Below the pieces are notes generated by a model, which saw only the letters and a list, made by a program, of their open reading frames with translations, did no database searches and was not told where the DNA came from. Shown one piece after another: positions 41,899 through 56,310 of a stretch of DNA of 64,000 bases (the first letter of the stretch is position 1; the number at the start of each line of letters is the position of its first letter). The position numbers and the translations under genes were made by a program. Source of the DNA: Eledone cirrhosa (Eukaryota); the NCBI GenBank assembly GCA_964016885.1, contig OZ024741.1:382168001-382232000 (forward strand), read 5' to 3'.

Positions 41899-42788
41899 AA
41901 TTTACGAATGACTAATATTGGTTTCGATTTACGTCTTATTTACTTAGAATCTGCTTATTTGACTGGAATTAAGTATTCCATTTTATTTTTAATCCCCATT
42001 TTCCACCTCCATTTTTATTTTTACGGAATTATGTTAATGCGTATATAGATAAAACCAAAACCAAACCAACTACAAATGAATATAATGGTAGTTTACAAAT
42101 CTTTTTGGAAATGGGTTTACAAAATTATAAATTTACTTGCTGATATATTCAGAAACTTCCTCATATATATATATATATATACACACACACACGCACACAC
42201 ACAGAAACATATATATATGCATATGTGTGTGTGTGTTTGTATAAATATGTGTATATATATATATATATTTTTTTTTTTTTACTTACTTCAATCAAGATTT
42301 TAACTTGTAATTCTTTTAAATTTTAATTTTTAGTTTTAATTTCTAATTCTCAATCATAATTTCGACAGTGGAACCATAATACCTAGAAATAAGTATATAT
42401 TCTCTTAGCGGGTGATGGTCAATACTACTGTCCATTCTTAATTTAGGGGTAGTATTGAGACCTATTGAAACTGATACTGTCCCATCACCGCTAGGTTTCG
42501 GCCAAATGCCACTGACGGGGTGGCTAGCAGTAAGCTATAACCGTGTCATATTACAGATCTGGATGGGGTGATTGTTTGGTTGAGAGGGGGACCTGCCTAG
42601 GCGAGTTTCGTAGAATTTTGGGGTAGTTGATGGTCAACTTCCTTCGGACTTGCGCCTGCGCAGACCGGTGGGGGTGAATTGGGACTCACAAGGGAACGGG
42701 CGAAGAATTCATGAGCTCATGCTTTCTCCGTTCCCATGTCAATTCAATTTGGATTGCCTCGGAAACATAACCTTCTTATGTAAGGAGT

Positions 42789-42840
42789 TGTCTGATGATG
42801 TCAGCGTGTGGCCACTGTGGTCATTGAAATATGTTTCACA
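42789..42840 (+). ncRNA. Degenerate hammerhead motif
   Basis: tgt-CTGATGA-..tggccac/gtggtca..-GAAA tatgtt TC-aca. Confidence 0.4.
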
Positions 42841-42889
42841 GTATTATCATTAAATGACTTTAACATCTGAAACTGCTTCGCTTCTTCTT

Positions 42890-42948
<59 letters not shown>

Positions 42949-43134
42949 TCATAGATAGATAGATAGATAGATAGATAAATATACACGGGTGTATATGATT
43001 GTGTATAGAAGATTATATAAATAACAGGAATTCCAACTTTGTCTGATTTACTCGTTTTATTTACAATCCTTTAAAATGTATAATGGTATTATAATGAAAT
43101 AGTATGATAGAATATTAAATTCTAAGTGTTAATT

Positions 43135-43171
43135 GAACAAGTAGTTTCATGCTTTCGCAATCTTCAGGTTC
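43135..43171 (-). ncRNA. Minimal hammerhead ribozyme motif
   Basis: Reverse complement of 45339-45375. Confidence 0.65.
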
Positions 43172-43949
43172 ATAATAAGTGGTGACAGTCAAGTTTGCAA
43201 TTTTCAACTGTAATAAGATGGGTAAATGTTCTACCTTTTATACATTTTATACAGGCAAAAGTGGCCCCAGAATCCTAAGTCTTGCAAACTGTTTTTCGAC
43301 CAATCAGTGTGTAGTTTCACTGAATTACTAAAGCTGATTGGTTTAAGCGTCACGGCTGGTTGAGCATGTCTAACGACCAATAATTAATCATATCCAAAGC
43401 ATCAATTGTTTTGCTATTTTTAGAAATGATGAAAATAGCATTTTCTATTAATCATCACTATCAACATCACTTTTATTATTATTATTATTATTATTATTGT
43501 TGTTGTTGTTGTTAGTGGTCGTAGTCATAGTGGTAGTAGAAGTAATACCCCTAAGTGTTATTATTGTTCATTTAGCTTGGGTTTGAATTTATCAATACAA
43601 TTCTTTTCTTTGATTTTTCTCTTGATTTCACTTGGGCTGTGTAATTTGTAGAATGGGAATATTATAAATATTCCCTGACCACATGTTGCTAGATGGTTAC
43701 TTAGGGGTATCTGACCACAACATCATGAAGAAGATCAACAACCTGGCTTCAAAATACCACAACTCACTTACTGATAAGGAAAGAGACTACAACACCAATT
43801 TTGAGCCGAAACCCAGCAACCTGTATGACCTACCGAAAGTTCATAAGTCAAAAGAAATACAACTCGCAATTAAGAGAACAAAACAGAGAGTACATTAAAT
43901 TATTACACCCAAAAGACTTAAAACTTAGACCTATTATAGCTGGTCCAAC

Positions 43950-44858
43950 ATGCCCACCAACCGTCTAAGCAATTTTGTTGACATTATTTTGAAACCACTA
44001 TGTATTCACATACCCAGTTTCATCCGGGATGATACCGACTTCCTGTCCCATCTTCCCAAAACCAAGGAAACGAATTCACTTCTACTTAGTTTTGATGTGG
44101 TAAGCCTTTACACCAACATTACACATTATTTAGGAATAAAGGCGGTTAAATACTGGGTGGAAAAACATAGAGAAGTGATTCCCATCAGATTCACAGCGCC
44201 ATTTATATTAGACGCAGTTAAGCTTATTCTGGAAAACAACACTTTCTTCTTCAATGGAAAGAATTACATCCAAATTAGAGGCACAGCGATGGGAACGAAG
44301 TTTGCTGCCGTTTACGCGAACTCTTTAATGGGATACTTAGAACAACAACTCTACCAAGAAATAGATGAAAAATATAGTACTGACTTTAGAAAGCACATTG
44401 AAAAATCTTGGAAGAGATACCTTGACGACTGTTTCATCATCTGGACAGAATCTCTAGATACTCTGGATGAGTACAATATCCTCCTGAATAACCTACACCC
44501 ATCTCTCCAATTCACAAAAGAGATGAGTAGGACCAAATTACCATTCCTAGATATAATGATAATCAAAAACGACACCACCATTACCACGGATATATATTAT
44601 AAACACACAGACACCCATCAATATCTGAATTTTAAGTCGTGCCATCCACAGCATACAAAACGCAACATCCCATACTGCCTAGCCAGAAGAATTTGTACCA
44701 TTTTAGAAGATTCGAATACCAGGTACAAACGCCTAACAGAACTAAGAGAATTTTTGCTCAAACAAAAATACCCATCTCTACTTATAGAAAATGGCATACA
44801 GCGGGCTATAAAAATACCTATACAACAACTTAGGACAACCCAAGGAAGAAGAAACTAA
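43950..44858 (+). pseudogene. Penelope-like reverse transcriptase core (302 aa open segment of a disrupted ORF)
   Basis: FDVVSLY, GTAMG, RYLDD motifs; flanking frameshifts and stops. Confidence 0.88.
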
Positions 44859-45338
44859 GAACTGGTCATACCATTTATAATGACAAAAACCCATGTCACC
44901 AGAATATCTTCAACACTGCCAAAGCAAACCTACCGATCATTGCTCAAAGTAATGAATTAAAAGGCTTAATCAGAGATCGATCTTTGACTCTTAGTAAAAG
45001 ACAGCCAAAAGATTTGAAGCAATTACTAACTAAAGCAAAGTTTGACCTTAACAACAAAGACCAATCATTCACTGTACCTAAATGCAATGATAATCGATGC
45101 GGCACATGTCAATCCATACACGCCGGTCAATATATGAAAACAAAAACTGGAAAAATATTCCCAAATGCAAATATGAACTGCAAAAGCAGAAATCTAATTT
45201 ACTGCATTAGATGCCCGAATTGTGAAGAACTATATGTCGGTCAAACTGGAAATGCACTATCGGAACGTGCACGGGTACACCGTCAACAAATCAGAGACCC
45301 AGTTGAAAATTGCAAACTTGACTGTCACCACATATTAT

Positions 45339-45375
45339 GAACCTGAAGATTGCGAAAGCATGAAACTACTTGTTC
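45339..45375 (+). ncRNA. Minimal hammerhead ribozyme motif
   Basis: gaac-CTGAAGA-t tgc GAAA gca t-GAAA ctac TT-gttc. Confidence 0.65.
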
Positions 45376-45488
45376 AATTAACACTTAGAATTTAATATTC
45401 TATCATACTATTTCATTATAATACCATTATACATTTTAAAGGATTGTAAATAAAACGAGTAAATCAGACAAAGTTGGAATTCCTCTTA

Positions 45489-45536
<48 letters not shown>

Positions 45537-45735
45537 AAATTTAGTATAGCATCAGCGAAGTTCTGGTTGCAGCCAAGCTAACGAATGCAGTCTCGGTGTA
45601 CTGCTAAGCACTCAATACGGTATATTACCCTAGAGTTATAACAGTATGTTTAGACAGCTTTGCAATTCGAATACAGCGACCGTTAAACCGGCCGAACTGG
45701 CCATAGCGACGAAAAAAACTGAACTCAGGAAAAAA

Positions 45736-45827
<92 letters not shown>

Positions 45828-45829
<2 letters not shown>

Positions 45830-48655
45830 CCTGGGTATGACATTAAACTACATCCAGTAGCAAGGCTCCAGTTCGGGAGTTCAGGAACTGTGGGGAATGG
45901 GGAGTTACGCCTTAGCTGTCATAAATCCCAGGTCTGCTGCTCTGGCCCGGAGTAGTAGTAATTATTAGGGCCGCATTTATGGGTTAAATAATTACCTTAT
46001 TCGAATGGGGCCGGTAATGCATTGACAGCCATTGAATAGAACATGGAGAGTGTATTTAATAGCACTAGGGTTAGATCCCCTAACTATACTGTCACTGAGG
46101 AGTCTGGTCGCTATGACTCTGCTGGTTTAGAGCCAGAGGGAGGGCCAGTGGATGATGGAGCAGCTGTCTCTCAGACAAATATAAAGAATGCAGTTTTTTC
46201 CTGCAGAAGAGCCATCAAAATGGGTACTCTGAATGTGACGCCTATTCGGACGCTGGAGAAGAGAGAGGAGTTGGGTCATATGTTCGAGGATAGTGGTATG
46301 CAGATACTTGCAATCCAAGAAAAAAGGAACCTAGACGATGATCCCGTGAGGGGTGTGATGATTGCATAAAGGAGCCAGATCATCACCATATCAGCAGTGC
46401 AGAACATGACCAATGCTGCAGTAGGAGAAGTGGGTTTTGTTTTCAGCGCAAAAAACAGTCTACTGGTGAGGGAAATAATCCCTGTCACCCCGCGTGTGTT
46501 GAGAGTGAACTTCAATGGAAACCCAAGATGGACAGTCATCTCAGCCAATAGTCCAACTGAAGGAGACAGTGGTGTGAGTGCGGAAGAGTTCCATGAGGAG
46601 GTGTGTAGATCTGTCAACACCACACAAGCTCACAACATCCCGCTTGTTCAGGGGGACTTCAATGTACATCTGAGTAAGGAGAGCAGTGAAGATCCTTGCT
46701 GGTACTTCAATAACAACACCAACCGAAATTGAAGACTGCTGAGAGACACCCTGCTGGAGGCGAGCTTGATAGACCCAAAAGTGTTTGCAGCCAGAGAACA
46801 CCTGAAAGCTGCCAACGACCTATTCTATGCTGATACTACGGAGGAGAGGAAGGAGAATGTGGAGGTGATGAGGGAATAACTATGTGCCGCTTACACTGAG
46901 GCCAGAGAAGAGGCAGTGATAGAGATGATCAGAAGTGTGAAGAGAGCGGTTGGCACGTCTGGATGTAAGGAGAGCTGGATGATCATCAACGAGATTACAG
47001 GGAGAAAGAGAAGGTGTTCCAGACAGAACCAGAGAACAGAGCCAGAGCATAGGAAGGGGAAATGGCTGGACCATTTTAGGACCCTACTAGGAGAGCCAAC
47101 CTCCATCACGCAGAACAATGGGGCGATAAGGCGGCTGTTTGAGGAACTGGATATTGAGACAGGGCCCTTCACTAGAGAGGAGCTTCAAAGAGCCAAGAAG
47201 AAGACCAAGGCGAGCAAGGCTCATGGAGAAGATGAGTGGCATCAGGGATGATGAACAGGTGTAATGTTGATGATATCATCCTGGAGTTTTGTAACCAGGC
47301 ACTGGAGAACGGAGTTGCCCCGAATCAGTGGAGGATCAGTAACATCGTCCCATTGCCAAAGAAGGGAGATCTCTCTAACACCAACAACTACAGGGGGATC
47401 TCACTGTTATCACCTAGGGCAAAGACCCTCAACAGGATGATTCTTAACAGGATCCAGCCCGAGATGGAGAAGAAGCTCAGGGACAACCAGTACAGTTTCA
47501 GAGAGGGAAGATCAACCACCAGTAACATCCTGAGGCCAAGGAGGATGTTAGAGGGAGCTAGAGCAAAGTGCCTCCCTACGGTTATGGTTTTCATTGATAT
47601 TAGGAAGGCCTTTGATTCTTTGGACTGTCACTACCTGATGACGATCTTACAGGCTTATGGACTCGCCAAGATATAGTGGACCTGATATCATGCTCTACAT
47701 CAACACCAAAGCCCAACTCATTAGACATGATGGGATGACAGAGTTCTTTGAGATACTGGCTGGAGTGCTCCAGGGAGATACATTGGCTCCCTACCTTTTT
47801 ATCATCGTAGTGGACTATTGTATGTGCCTTGCGCTGGAGAAACACAAGGACTCTGGCTTCACTGTAACACCAGCTGAGAGAAGGAGAGGTAAGGCGAAAA
47901 AGAAATCGGATGCTGAATTTGCCGACGACATCATTTTGATGACAGACACAGTGAATAGGCAGAATACTTGATGATGCAGGAGGTGGGGACTGTGTCGATG
48001 AGTCTGGAATGATAATGAATGAGATTAAGATGAAATATCTGGTAGAGAATATCAAGAAACTAGAGAAGTTTACTAATGTAGGCGGGAAGCCGTTAGAATT
48101 GGATGAGGATTTCCTATATTTGGGAGAAAAGAATGGCAATACTGGAGATGATGTTGTCAAGGAGAAGATCAAAGCCTGGGCCGCGTGCCACAGCTTGAGA
48201 TCGGTGTGGAAGTCGGACCATCGAAAAGACGTGAGGATCCGCCTCTTAATTGCTGCAGTGGATTCTGTGCTGCTGTATGGGTCTGAGCCTTGGACACTGA
48301 CCAAGACACTCACTCAGATTATGGATGGGTGCTACACGAGAATGCTGAGGATGGCTCTGAACATTAATCAGTACACATTGAGGATGCAGAACTTAGTGCT
48401 GTGCAGGAGCCTCCTAAATGTCAGCTCAAAAGTGTCACAGAGGAAACCGAGGTTAGCTGGACATGCTGACCGATATTCAGAGTTAACACTGCACTCAGTG
48501 CTACTGTGGAAGCCACTGCATGGACACACTGGAAGAGGAAGACCGAGGTAAATATATGTTGATGCCCTAAGGACAGACACTGGTCTCTTGGAGAAATAAT
48601 GATGGACAGAGACCGCTTGAGAGAACTCGTCCATGGACTTCGGGAAGTTTACCTG

Positions 48656-48660
<5 letters not shown>
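45828..48660 (+). mobile_element. RTE-type LINE, near full-length decayed copy with an internal deletion at about 46770
   Basis: 5' UTR, APE (MGTLNVTP..ILAIQE..QGDFN), RT (NYRGISL, GVLQGDTLAPYLF, EFADDI, LLYGSEPW); ends in (TA)n. Confidence 0.92.
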
Positions 48661-48692
<32 letters not shown>

Positions 48693-48813
48693 TATATATA
48701 TTATTTCATTCAAATGAAAATAAATCAATAAATATGAAGGTACCTATAACAAATTATTAAGATAACTATGAAGAAAGTGTTAAGATACATATAAAATATT
48801 ATGATTCATAAAT

Positions 48814-48933
<120 letters not shown>

Positions 48934-48954
48934 TTGTGTATGTATGTATATATG

Positions 48955-49016
<62 letters not shown>

Positions 49017-49020
49017 TAAA

Positions 49021-49245
49021 TATACACGGGTGTGAATGATTGTGTATAGAAGATTATATTAATAAAAGGAATTCCAACTTTGTCTGATTTATACGTTTTG
49101 TTTACAATCCTTTAAAATTTATAATGGTATTAGAATGAAATAGTATTGTAGAATATTAAATGTTAAGTGTTAATTGAACAAGTACTTTCATGCTTTCGCA
49201 ATCTTCAGGTTGTGTGGTGACAGTCAAGTTTGCAATTTTCAACTG
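49021..49245 (-). mobile_element. Solo Penelope-like 3' terminus (family of 42981-45492) with hammerhead at 49177-49211
   Basis: Matches 42981-43210; minus strand aac-CTGAAGA-ttgcgaaagcat-GAAA gtac TT-gtt. Confidence 0.85.
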
Positions 49246-49265
49246 TATGTATATATATATGTATA

Positions 49266-49406
<141 letters not shown>

Positions 49407-49572
49407 ATATATATACACCCATATACACTGATCTATATCTCATCAGATACATGAACTCTAATTTTGAAATATATAAATATAGGTTACGAAAAACAGAAAA
49501 TTATACAATATTAAGATTCTAAACAAACATTCCACACCATTAAGATATATATATATATATATATAACCTGCT

Positions 49573-49636
<64 letters not shown>

Positions 49637-49644
<8 letters not shown>

Positions 49645-50440
49645 ATAATTTGGGAGGGTCATGTTGCCAATAAGAAACACACGCACCAGTTGCTTTCACT
49701 TCAATTTATTATATTAAACTCATAAATTTATAAATTTCTGGTTGGTTGGTTGGTTCCACAACCAGATAGTTGTTTATATATTGTCATAGTTCTTTCGTCA
49801 CACACTCTGTGACCTCTTCAGTGACTGGGGATTCTTTTCTTTGTTTCTGTGCCTCTCCTTTGTTCTGTCCTACGCCATTTTGTTTCTGTGTGTCTGTTGT
49901 GTGCTCAGTCTACGCATGCTCCACATCCGGGTGTCTGTGTGTGTTTTTGTTCATTTATTTATTTGTTTATTTACATGTTACTGGTTGGTTGTTTGTTCTA
50001 TGTGTGTGTGTGTTTTCATTTTGTCCTTAATTGTAAGTTGTGATGTTGCTGTTCCACTCATATTTTCTATGTAATTTTGGTTGTCATTTTTTTATGTTTA
50101 TTGCCTCTGTAATTTGTCTAAACATTGCGTCTTTCCTGTGTGTAGATTCTATTTTTATTTCTATGTTCTCTAATTTACCCTTGTGTTCTATTTTAGCATG
50201 TTGGTAGAGTACAGATGATTCTTTACTATCTTGAAGGTCCGGCCAGTGTTCATTTATCCGTTCTCCTACACTACGAGCTGTCTCACCTATGTACACTATA
50301 TTTTTGTCTCTACATTGTCCTTCAGTACATCTTATGCTATACACTACATTTCTAGTTTTGCAGTTAATATGTATAACAATATCGGTTTCAACACACGATT
50401 TCAGATAAAGAATCTTGCTAAACAAATTCAGAAACGAAAT
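49637..50440 (-). mobile_element. Penelope-like 3' fragment (GIY-YIG and UTR) with inverted tail at 50371-50440
   Basis: NVVYSIRCTEGQC..YIGETARSVGERINEH..RQITEAINI; matches 40810-41540. Confidence 0.9.
49783..49825 (-). ncRNA. Minimal hammerhead ribozyme motif
   Basis: Minus strand: gtca-CTGAAGA-g gtcaca/tgtgac-GAAA gaac TA-tgac. Confidence 0.72.
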
Positions 50441-50461
50441 ATATATATATATATATATATA

Positions 50462-51406
50462 TATCACGATAAATTAATGGAGGCATAGGCCCTCGCTATT
50501 CGCTGTAAATAATGTGCTCAAAGGAGAAGAAATCCTGAGCTCTTTAATTTAAAATACAATCTGTTGAAAAGGTAACACACCAGAGTGAGATATACAGTGC
50601 GCTATCAATAAAACAGGGAAAGAAAACACCAGTGTATGGAATCTATAACCTATGAAAGGCAGACTATAGACACGATAATTAAAAATATAAATTAAAGCGT
50701 AAATAAATACCTCTATATCTATATAACACACGTACAAATCCAAAGATACTAATCCAAAGATATGTTTCACCAGTGATTTGTTGAAAGAAATGGGTTAGCC
50801 TCGGTTCATCAGCGTGTGTAAGGCTATACATTTCAGACAACACTAAGAGTATTTTAAAAGTGACTGTCCAGCTACACGTGGAAGAGAAAAGTCACAGCGT
50901 GTTTAAGGGCAGTGAACCAGTGGCCTCTGAGGAACGAACTGCTAGAAAGGGCAGCCCAAAGCCACTCAGAGAAGTGTGCTCAACCGAACAGAGATTGGAA
51001 AGACTGTTATTAGGAGCGAATTATCACGATAAATTAACGGAGGCATAGGCCCTCGCTATTCCCTGTAAATAATGTGCTCAAAGGAGATGAAATCCTGAGG
51101 TCTTTAAAATACAATATGTTGAAAAGGTAACACACCAGAGAGAGATATACAGTGTGCTATCAATAAACACGCTGTGACTTCTCTCTCCCACATGTAGCTG
51201 GACAGTCACTTTTAAAATGTTCTTAGTGTTGTCTGAAATGTATAGCCTTACACACGCTGATGAACCGAGGCTAACGCATTTCTTTCAACAAATTACTGGT
51301 GAAACATATCTTTCGATTAGTATCTTTGGATTTGTACGTGTGTTATATAGTTATAGAGGTATTTATTTACGCTTTAATTTATATTTTTAATTATCGTGTC
51401 TATAGT
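50462..51406. repeat. Direct (50462-50611 / 51022-51166) plus inverted (about 50663-50903 / 51166-51405) repeat with hammerhead-like motifs at about 50752-50815 (-) and 51255-51314 (+)
   Basis: CTGATGA acc...ggt GAAAC atat ctt; stem III mismatched. Confidence 0.75.
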
Positions 51407-53080
51407 ATATATATATATATATTAAAAACATATAGATGTATTTAAAAATTATATTAAAACAGAAAAAATACAGAAACATGGAGATGAAAATGAAGTAGGG
51501 TAAGTTTTTAAGCAGTGAATGTAACATCATGGGTAATTGTGTAAAAGGTGCGTGAAGGGTTCATTCATACACATATACATATATACATATATGTGTACAC
51601 ACATGTAAATTTGCATACATATATATATACACATACACATATACACACATAGTATTACAAATGCACATATATACATAGACTTTCACATATGTTTTACTGT
51701 TTGTATAAATAAATAACTATTACGATATATTTTTTGTTCATTTAAATCTTAATAAAATTCAGGTTTAATGGAGTAATATGTGTTACATTTGAAAACCTGG
51801 TTAAGATTTAGATAGTTACGGTTTGTAAAAGTTTCTGCAATAGAAGGATTGGAGCCCTTTGTATTGGCATGTAGAGATCATTTCAGATTTGATAATTTCA
51901 GATTACCTGTTAAGAATTATTAGTTTTGATTTAGAATATATAGACATTATGAAATACTCAAATTCAAAATTCTTTTCCTGGCTTGTATCAATGACATACT
52001 TTCAGTATCAACCACTTAAGTATTCAGTATTAATCTCTTTGAGTTTCCATATCTATCTAGCTAATGACGGTGAGCCATTGAGTTCTTTCCTTCTGTGACA
52101 GTGTCCATACTATCTAGATTTAACATAATGTTAATGTTAAAATAGTCCCTCTAAAACGTTACTACTATTATTATTATTATTATAATTATTATTTGATAGA
52201 GTGCATTGGTAAATAATATAGTCAGTTACACATTCACCGTTAAGAAAGCAGGGACCGGGGCTTCTACAGCTACATTTATTAAAATTATTGTTAGATATTA
52301 TGTAGTTATTTGAGTTAAAAATATATTATATTAATTGAAGCTTGAAGGTTTTGTCTGTTATTTATTGTATTTTCTCTTATTGCTAGATTATTTTTAGTAG
52401 TAAATGAAGTATTATTATATTCTACTAATTTCCTAGTATTACTTAAAACAAGGGGTTAGCTAAATTACAGGTCGTAGAGTACGAAAGTTTTATAGTATTC
52501 TTATTAAATATTAAGTGAAAACGGTGAGTTGGCGGCACATTTTTCTCTAAGATACAAAAAAATAATTTTTGTAGACCGATGGCAACGTTCTTCCTAAAAT
52601 AAGCATTAAAAATGCAGTAGATTTGTTTGCGATTGATTTACGAGTCAATAGTGGTGTCTAATTTGATTTAAGTTTATTCCGGTTATCGATAAACACTTTA
52701 GGATTTTTATTCCTGCCAGGTTGATATTTAGTATTCATTTTCGATGGATTTTGCTGTTTATTATATCATTGATATGGTATTATTCGTTTTCGTCTATTCT
52801 TATAACTTTCGTATTTTCTATTACTAGTATTTATTTATTTTTCTATGAGTTTAATGTGTGTGATTTTGCTTTCAAAGTGGGTAGGTGATTGTTTGTTTCC
52901 ACATAATTAATCTCAATCGTTATATCTGTTAAGTTTTAGAATTGAATCTAATTATTATTAGAGTTTAAATTAGGTCTATGTATCGTTATATTTTGTGAGA
53001 CGATTTGCGTTTTGGACATATGGGATTTTTCAGTATAAATTATTATGTCACCATATCCTGATCTACTTAGTCTTCATTTT

Positions 53081-53263
53081 GGTGAATTGGCAGTATCGGT
53101 AGAGGGTCGGACATGCTTTCCAGCATAGTTACGTCCCTTTACGATCTGAGTTCAAATCCCGCCGAGGTTAACTTTGCATTTCATCCTAACGGGGTCGATA
53201 AAATAAAGTACCAGAAATGTAATGGCATAATTGCTGGCCTTGTGCCAAAAGTAGAAACAATTA
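53081..53263 (+). mobile_element. tRNA-derived SINE (family 1)
   Basis: ggtgaattggcagtatcggtagag...gagttcaaatcccgccgagg...cggggtcgataaaataaagtaccag. Confidence 0.88.
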
Positions 53264-53391
53264 TAGTGTTGAGTAGTGTGGATTAATATATCTTGGTTAG
53301 GGAACAGATTAGAGATACGGTAATGATGTGGTCATTAAGTATTTATATAAACCAGATTTGAAGTTAACGTCTAGAAAGTTCACTATTTTAT

Positions 53392-54212
53392 TATGAGATG
53401 TTGGCCAAGGTGATAGCAACGAGGTTGGCGCTTGTCGCCAAGGGTCTGGTGGGAGAGGCGCAGACATGCACCATAGCGGAAAGATCCATACACGACAACT
53501 TCCACCTCATGCGATACATAATAGAGAGGGTGGTTAAGGAACTGGCACGGGTGGGGCGCTGATCAACTTGGGTCAATCCAAAGCATTCGAAAGGGTCGAC
53601 CATCGGTACCTGGCGGACGTCCTTGAGGCAGCCGGTGTCAGGACCGTTTTCAGGGGTTGGATCGGTGCGATGTACAGCGATATCTGCTGCTCAGTTGTGA
53701 GAGTGAACGGTCACCTGTCGCAGCCGTTCAGCATCATGCGCTCGGTCCGCCATGGTTGTCCCCTCTCGTCCCTCTTGTACGTATTGGCTCTCGAGCCGTT
53801 ACTGCACTAACTGGGGGCGATGAGGGACGTCCCACGCGAACTAGGATGTGGAAAATCCGAGTCAGGTTACGCCGACGTCTTCACTGTGGTGGTGTCGAGC
53901 ACAAGACACGTCCAGATGCTCCGCACCGCTCTCAAGGAAGAAGAATCGGTGACAGGAGCAAAGATAAAACAGGAACAGTCGGTAGGCTTGCAGCTCGGCA
54001 CCATGAGAGGCAAGTCCATGTCGTCCGACAGCGCCGTGGGACGTTGGACGTACGAACCGGCTAAATTGCTCGGGGTCTGGTTCAGATGGAGAAAAACTGG
54101 GGCGAGGTGACGAGCAAGGTGGCCTCCCTCACCCAGAAATGGGCCGAGAGGAAGCTGTCCCTGAAAGGCCGGGCGGAGGTGGAAAATGCGTACATCGCAT
54201 CCGTCATCTGCA
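53392..54212 (+). mobile_element. Tx1/L1-clade RT fragment (first, partial copy)
   Basis: LAKVIATRL, QTC.I..RSIHDN, QSKAFERVDH, SVRHGCPLSSLLY, YADV, LSLKGRAEV. Confidence 0.85.
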
Positions 54213-54223
54213 CCCGTCATCTG

Positions 54224-56275
54224 CTATCTGGTGGGAGAGGTCAGACATGCGCCATTCCCGACAGATCCATCCACGACAACCTCCACCTCATGCGATACAT
54301 CGTGGAGAGGGTAGCTAGGGAATCTGGCACAGGTGGGTCCTTGATCAATTTAGATCAGTCGAAAGCTTTCGATAGGGTCGACCATCGTTACCTAGCGGCA
54401 GTCCTGAGGGGGGCTGGCGTTGGGCCCGTCTTCAGAGGCTGGATCACTGCCATGCACAGCGACATCTGCTCTGTGGTGTGAGGGAACGGTCACCTTTCGG
54501 AACCGTTCAACATCATGAGCTCGGTCCGCCAAGGATAACCCCTATCGTCCTTCTTCACTGTATTGACTTTCGAGACATTTTTGCACATACAGGAGAAGTT
54601 GAGGGGGATCCCGCGCGAACAAGGATGCGGAAGATCCGTGTCAGCATATGCGGAAGATGTCACCGTAATGGTGTTGAACGCCTAAACATCGAGGCCATCG
54701 GCACTACACTAAGAGAATTCGAAGCCTTGACAGGAGCAATGATCAACCAAGAAAAGTCAGTGGACATGCAACTCGGCACCTGGAGAGGCAGGTCCATGCC
54801 GTCCAGCGGCATCGTCGGTCGTTGGACGGACGGTCCGGTTAAATTGCTAGGGATCTAGTTCGGTCCAGACCTCCAGACGGACAAAAACTGGGACGAGATG
54901 ACGAGCAGGGTGGCCTCTCTCAACCAAAAATGGGTGGACAGCAAGCTATCCCTGAAAGGTCGAGCGGAGGTGACTAACGCGTACATCGCGTCCGTCATCT
55001 ACCATCGCCTGACCGTTGTGCCTTCTACTAAGCCTCGCCTGACTGCGCTGGAGCGTTTGCTCTTTCGCTTTTTGTGGAAGGAACGCGCTCCGACATTCAG
55101 GAGGTCCATCTGTTGTCAATACCCGCTACGTGGAGGGCTGGGCATGTCGTGGCTGGTGATGCGCAGACACATTCAGGCTACGACATCTCCACGTCTTCCT
55201 CGACGGTGATCGGGCGTGGTTGCGGTTTGCTAGACGCGTCTTTCCCCAGCTCACCTCCTTGACGGAGCTGCAGTCTTAGGTCAAGCGAAGACTGAGAGGG
55301 AGCGCTTGGAGACTGGAATGTCTTCAGGCGCTCACAGCCCTCGATCAATCGGGCAATGTGATTGGTGGAAACTCCACCTTCGCGTCGTTAGAGGATTAGT
55401 GGTGGGAAAGAGCGACGACGTACTTGGGGAAACTCTTGGCGTCAACGAAAATCAACTAGCCAATCTCTTTGGAAGAACTTTTGGGCCAGGGCCTATGGAC
55501 AACTTCCAGAATTCCTTGGCCTGGTAGTGTTACCGAGGAGCTTTGCCAGTTCGAGATAAACTCTACAGGCATAGAGGTGCCGTCAGCCGGGCATGTCCGA
55601 GATGCGCGTAGGGCGACGAAAACATCCTGCATGCACTCGTCAAGTGTCCGAGCATTGCTGACTTGTGGCTTTATGTCTGTCGAACATCTGCTGTCGTGTG
55701 TAGAACGGATCCGACTATCAGCTGAGTCCATCGTGAGGATTGCCCCTCCCCCTCCCTTTAGCCGGAAAGGGCAGGCAGTTTTTATCTGTCTGGTGGCCAT
55801 GGCGAAAGAGATATTATGGTGGACGCGTCTGAAAGGGCTGAAGACGAGCACTTACCTCTTCGGTGATACCCTGAATAACTTTTTCCAATTTCATTTGAAA
55901 AGGAAAGTCAGGAAAGAGAGGTAAGTGCTCTCTTTCCAGCTTGCTGTTGAAAGATGAGTGAGAGAGGCAAGAAAGCGCGAGAGAATGGACCTACTCTGAG
56001 TATAGGGCTGTAAATTGAAGGTGGAACACTGGGAGAGGACATTTGCCCTGGTGGTCAGGTTCACTGTGGCTTTTTTTAATGGGCTTTCTCGATGATGGCC
56101 CTCGGATGTCCATCCACCCTACTGGGGAATTTTTCATTGTTCTTTTATTACATCCACTGTTTTTTTTTGTTTTTTTTTACACGCAGAATTGTCCATTTGT
56201 ACCGTCCTGTATTGTCCTGTACTGTCCTTAATGTTAATGTCTACTTTGTGTAAACCCTTGTGGTTAATAAAGGAA
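54224..56275 (+). mobile_element. Tx1/L1-clade ORF2 3' part (RT, zinc knuckle, 3' UTR with AATAAA at 56265-56270)
   Basis: INLDQSKAFDRVDH, RFLWK..GGLGM, CPRC..E...HALVKCP; U-rich 3' UTR. Confidence 0.87.
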
Positions 56276-56310
56276 GCAATATTCTTATTCTTCTTCTTAT
56301 TATTATTTTT

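Larger units (their letters stand above)
42981..45492 (+). mobile_element. Penelope-like element: RT (43683-44858) and GIY-YIG (44984-45300) with inverted terminal repeats (about 43020-43210 versus 45301-45492)
   Basis: YDLPKVHK, LRPIIAGP, SFDVVSLYTNI, QIRGTAMGTKFA, WKRYLDDCF, LPFLDI, NLIYCIRCPNCEELYVGQTG. Confidence 0.92.
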
